From NCBI GenBank assembly GCA_026025075.1, contig JAPEUI010000015.1:1-64000 (forward strand): 64,000 bases of DNA. Reading direction: 5' to 3'. The DNA comes from Vezdaea acicularis (Eukaryota). Positions 59,701 to 64,000 of this stretch are shown here, in pieces. Numbering within the stretch: the first letter of the stretch is position 1; each line of letters starts with the position of its first letter. A model generated the notes under the pieces. That model saw nothing but the letters and a program-made list of their open reading frames with translations, was not told where the DNA came from and did no database searches. Both the position numbers and the translations under genes were made by a program.

Positions 59701-61600
59701 ACCTCCGCCATCGAAGACCGAGACGGCCGGCAGAGTCACGAGGAGCAACAGGGGCAGCCTAGTAGCTACCGCAGGCAATGCGCGACCATCTACGCCCTTG
59801 ATGAGTGCAACGCCTCAGAAGGATGCCCCTTTAACTACACCCAAGAGTCAAGGCAGATTTAAGAACGCGGAAGCTCTTTCTAGCGCAGCAAAGCCACCCC
59901 GGCCTTTTGGAGAGAAAATGGATGAAGATGCTCGTAACTCTGCTGACGACGAAGTGGAGGAGGAGGTGGAGGAGAAGGAGGAGAAGATTCATCTGCAGGA
60001 ATTCCTGAACATGACCAGCATTCGATTCATGGACCTAACGACTACGAAAAGGAGACATACTACAGCTCCTAACAATATGGACGATAGTAAGAGAAGACTT
60101 GAAGATACAACATGTTTTGGGGGCGATGACAGTGCGAATTCGTTCGAAAAATGTGTCGTTGCCGGTGCATGTACTCTGCCGATGCTCGAGCTGTATCAAC
60201 ACGTAAGTTTCAGAATCGTAAGCCTATTCACTGACCGATTGCTGATTTGTCATCATAGTCATGCCATGAGCTCAAGAAATACATATCTGAAGGTCGAAGC
60301 ATCGTCCGTGAGATTGAAGCGGACACCTTCGAAGAGAATCCCCCTCTTTTCCGAGAGTATATCTCTGCAGCCCCTGATGTCAAATTTATTATGGACAACC
60401 AGTTCAAGAATGTTAAGACGCATGCGCGACTTTTGAGTAAGGCTATGTGGTATGAATGGCGAATGAAACTTTTGGAGGGCCTTCGAGAAGGCCTCGTCAG
60501 GATAAGCGATGGAATTGATAGCGACGATCAGGTCCTGAAAGAGCAAGAACACTTGCTCGCCCCAGTAGTTCCACGCCTAGTCGAGGAACATCACAATCTT
60601 GAGCGCGAGCACCAGCAACTTGATACCCAGGCCGCTGAGTTGGCGAGCTGTGACCAGGAGGAACTTACAGAGACTCGCAACAAGCTTGTTGTAACAGAGA
60701 ATGATATCGCTGCGAAGAAGAAGCTCATCCAGGAAATTCAGGAGGGTATCAAGGAGAAGGACGATGGGATTGTAGCTGCTAGAGAGAGGAAGCAGACCTG
60801 TCTTGAGGATATCAAAGAAGCCGAGAAGATTCGAGAGGAGTGCCGTGGTTGGAGTAATTCCGAAGTCGGCGTCCTTAAAAGTAAGTTCTAAGATGTACTT
60901 GAAGGTCTGAAAGTATGCTAACATAGCCATGATAGGAAACGTGGATGCTCTTGAAGAGAAATACGGCTGGACCATATCCGCTGTCGAAGGCACGATTATT
61001 ACCATGACGTATCAGCGTGATCTTCAGCTCGTCTTCGATGTCGCGTCCTTCCTGCCAAATGAAGGATCCACTGTGTCTGCCAGAGCTCAAAACTCTCCCA
61101 TCTCCGTCACCTATATTGCTGATACGCGCGAACTTCGCCCTGAGCCACTTTCCACAGAAAAGCGATTTTTCCTACAAAACCTCAAGGCTCATCTTCAGGG
61201 CATGCATCAGGCAAATACGCACGTCAAGGACCTGCTTCAACTGGTTAGCAATGTCTGGCAGGCTGCTTGTGACACTGCTGAGCAGATTCGCGTTCTGGAC
61301 TTGTGCTGCTCCACTAAGGCTCAGATTGTCTCTGATAACTGCATGCGTGTCGAGAGCAAGATGCTGCTTCCAACACTAGCAACGAAGGTGCGAGTTCTCT
61401 TCAACTTGACGCTTAGTGTTGGCGGGAATATCGCAGTCCAGATCACTTCAGACGCGAAAGTCGTGTATGGGGAAAATTTGAACGAAGCGAAGATGAAAGA
61501 GTTCCTTAACGTCAGAATAAAGGAGGTTAAGGATGTTGGGCATTGGGAGAAGGCGGTAGAGGAGCTTAGGGGAAGGCTGATTGTTAGAGGCAAGAAATAG
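56754..61600 (+). CDS. SPC105: Kinetochore protein Spc105/Spc7 (KNL1)
   Basis: RSILK and RRVSF PP1-docking motifs; repeated M[ED][LMI]T..[VI]GG[IL] (MELT) motifs; FLNMTSIRF, LELYQH|SCHEL, WYEWRMKLL coiled coil; introns at about 56982, 60203, 60881. Confidence 0.93.
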
Positions 61601-62092
61601 GCTTTGGATAAGGCGTTTGTTTGGGGCTAGCCGGGGAAACATTTGATATCTCTTGTATAGCCGATGGATGTATTTGATATTATCTGGGGGCTGAAGAATG
61701 TATGAAGTTCTATACCCTCGCAATGCGTACAATACATGGGGGGCCATCTCTTACATACACCCACGTATTCTTCAGCTATTCCTATTGTGCGTACCCTCGA
61801 AATAATGCTATCTTTAGTAAATCCAGGACCGGCTTCGGCCAGATCTTCAAGAGGTAGCACAAATCGGGCGAGGCCGGTGATAGCTAGGGTGTATTAGAGC
61901 TGTCCGGATGCACCAGGCTGGTTGCTCGAGACGACGTCATGTAGCCGAAGAATGGCTCGCCTTCCAGTTATATGTTACACCATCATCAACAGAGTGCAAG
62001 TAGACCATGTTACAATTAATATGCGAAGAAAGGGAAATCCCCCAAAATTGGTGCTTTGATCGTCGGTAGCACTATTTTCTCCAATATCGACG

Positions 62093-63506
62093 ATGGCTGA
62101 AATATGCCATGAGCCATTATCGTATTTTCTTCAGCTTCCCGTGGAACTAATCGACCTTGTCTTGACTTTCTTACCTCCTCTGGACATACTAGTTCTTTCT
62201 CAAACCAGTTCAGCATTGAGGAGATGTGCGCATAACGAGCAATTGTGGAAGCGCCTCATTCTCGAGAACGCTCCATATACGCCCCTCCAGTCTCCTTTCC
62301 CTTTCACCACTTTCAAGGATCTCTTTGTTGCGCACTTGCCCCACTGGTTCGTTGCAAAACATAAGATATGGTTCGGAGATACCGTGGCAAGTGGGAAAAT
62401 CATGCTCACGAAGTTTGATGGAAGAAGAGGATGTATTGAGGGTTACCAGCTCCTAGGAGAAAAGTCTAACGCCAGCCTTATCTATCTATGGCAGCAGGAT
62501 CCGCCCGTATGGCATCAAGAATTTGAGCCGAGTGTGAGAATCGTTGTTGACTCACCCCTGTTGTATCTTGAAGCCAATCCTTCGGATGCGCAGCAACCCA
62601 ATTTCACGACCAGGGATAGATATTTCAATGATGGAATGGTTGGACTTTGCGAGACGTTCTGCCTTACCAGAGCTCTTCCAAAGGAGGAAATATGGAAAGG
62701 TACTCCAGTCTGGCCGCCTCACAATATTCCAGCAACGCAACGTGTGCGTAACCCATTCGGCAACGGCTTCCTGGATCCAAAGCACAGGCCGACGAAGATG
62801 TCTGAGATCAGCGATCAAACCTTCCGTATCAAGTCGATACCTTCGACCGCAGTGGGCGCCTTCACCCACTACGCTGGCCGTCTTCGTGTCTCGTTGTGGA
62901 ACTCTCAGGGTGGGCACTCTAACACAACATACAGCACTCTATTGCATGAGCTGTATACACCTACGAAAGACAAACCATGGAGAGGTATATGGGTTGGGGA
63001 TTATGCGGGTCATGGATGTGAATTCGTACTTGTTCATCAGCCGGAAGAGGACGGCAACCAAGAGCGAGACATGTTCATCACCCAAAGCCCTTCCAGGCTT
63101 GACTCAACAGGCTCTACAGGTCTAGAACTCAATTGTTCCGGCAGGCTAGAGGCCATCAAGCTTACTGGGGACCCTAATATTCCAAGAGGAGAGTACACTT
63201 TCCTCTGCGAAGATATTGGGCCGAAAGGATTCTTAAGAACTGAGAGCCGTCATCCGTTTCAAGGGGCTAGGGTAGTATCGAGTCAGGCCCATACTGCTGC
63301 CCAAGGCTTTAGGGAAGGTCCGCCCTTATGCCATCACTGTTCCGCCAGAAGAGTTGTACTAATACACTATAGACGAGTTTTCGACTTCTGAGGTTTTCTT
63401 CATATCCCAAGACAAGATTGCCCATTACTGGAAGAGGCTGGGTCATATAAGCTTCTTCGAGCGTATTGATATTGACAAAATCCTCCACGCTACCCAGAGC
63501 TTCTAG
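62093..63506 (+). CDS. F-box protein with FBXO31-like (cyclin D1-binding) C-terminal domain
   Basis: F-box FLQLPVELIDLVLTFL; WRGIWVGDYAGHGCEF; LEAIKLTGDPNIPRGEYTF; intron at about 63318-63373 leads to IAHYWKRLGHISFFERIDID. Confidence 0.88.
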
Positions 63507-64000
63507 CGAATCTCACTCAATCAAGGTGCGGGGCCGAAGTACTCAAAAAGCTCAACTTACATTACCTCTCAGTTGTTGCAAAGCTTTGCCCCGGGTATGT
63601 CCGACACTGGACTCACGCATCTGTATTTCGCCCTTGGCCTCATTGTACTGAATGGTGCAGCGCTACCTACGTTAGTGATGAACACTCTACTCATAAAGTC
63701 GGTTGAACTAGAGAGCTGGTTTTCGCCCGTTGACTTGATATCTAGTTGCCCAGTATCGTAGCTTATTGCCGGCTGAAGTGAAACTATTGGGATATGCAAC
63801 TTCATTAGCGAGAGCCTCACAGTCGTACTTATTATCTCCCGTAAGTAGTATTGATATACCTCGGCGATTCTTAACGACATTGTGTGACTCCAAGTGCTAG
63901 TCGAAGCTAGGGCGGAAACATCCAAATAGTATTTCTACCAACCTAGAGCGTCTCCTCCTACGCTGAGAGGGCAGCTGAGTAGCGCCAGCTATGCTCTGCC

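Noticed and set aside
54511..59778. Long antisense ORFs within CAC2 and SPC105
   Set aside because: Shadow ORFs expected from Ser/Pro/Thr-rich, GC-rich coding sequence on the opposite strand

Overview
Gene-dense eukaryotic DNA from a filamentous ascomycete (Pezizomycotina-type GT..CTRAC..YAG introns, a dispersed 5S rRNA gene; the taxon is inferred). From about 5.7 kb onward it is mostly housekeeping genes: an F-box protein, UTP4, PNG1, MEMO1, a conserved hypothetical, an acetate transporter (AcpA/Ady2), a secreted Cys-rich protein, FAB1, BNA4, MAP1, ERV14, PRP17, a ZZ/EF-hand protein, a stand-alone tyrosinase C-terminal-like domain, an MFS transporter, the ABCG transporter ADP1, a PLP aminotransferase, 5S rRNA, CAC2, RPS11, SPC105 and a second F-box protein. 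The first 5.6 kb is GC-rich, rich in simple repeats and has no convincing intact gene. I found no proven novel multi-gene system. The best leads are the orphan tyrosinase-shield domain, a recurring C-rich to G-rich strand switch near gene 3' ends, a spliced uORF overlapping the FAB1 start, a candidate poison 3' splice site in BNA4, and a UGA-CUA readthrough context on ERV14. All family calls come from motif recognition by eye, not database searches.
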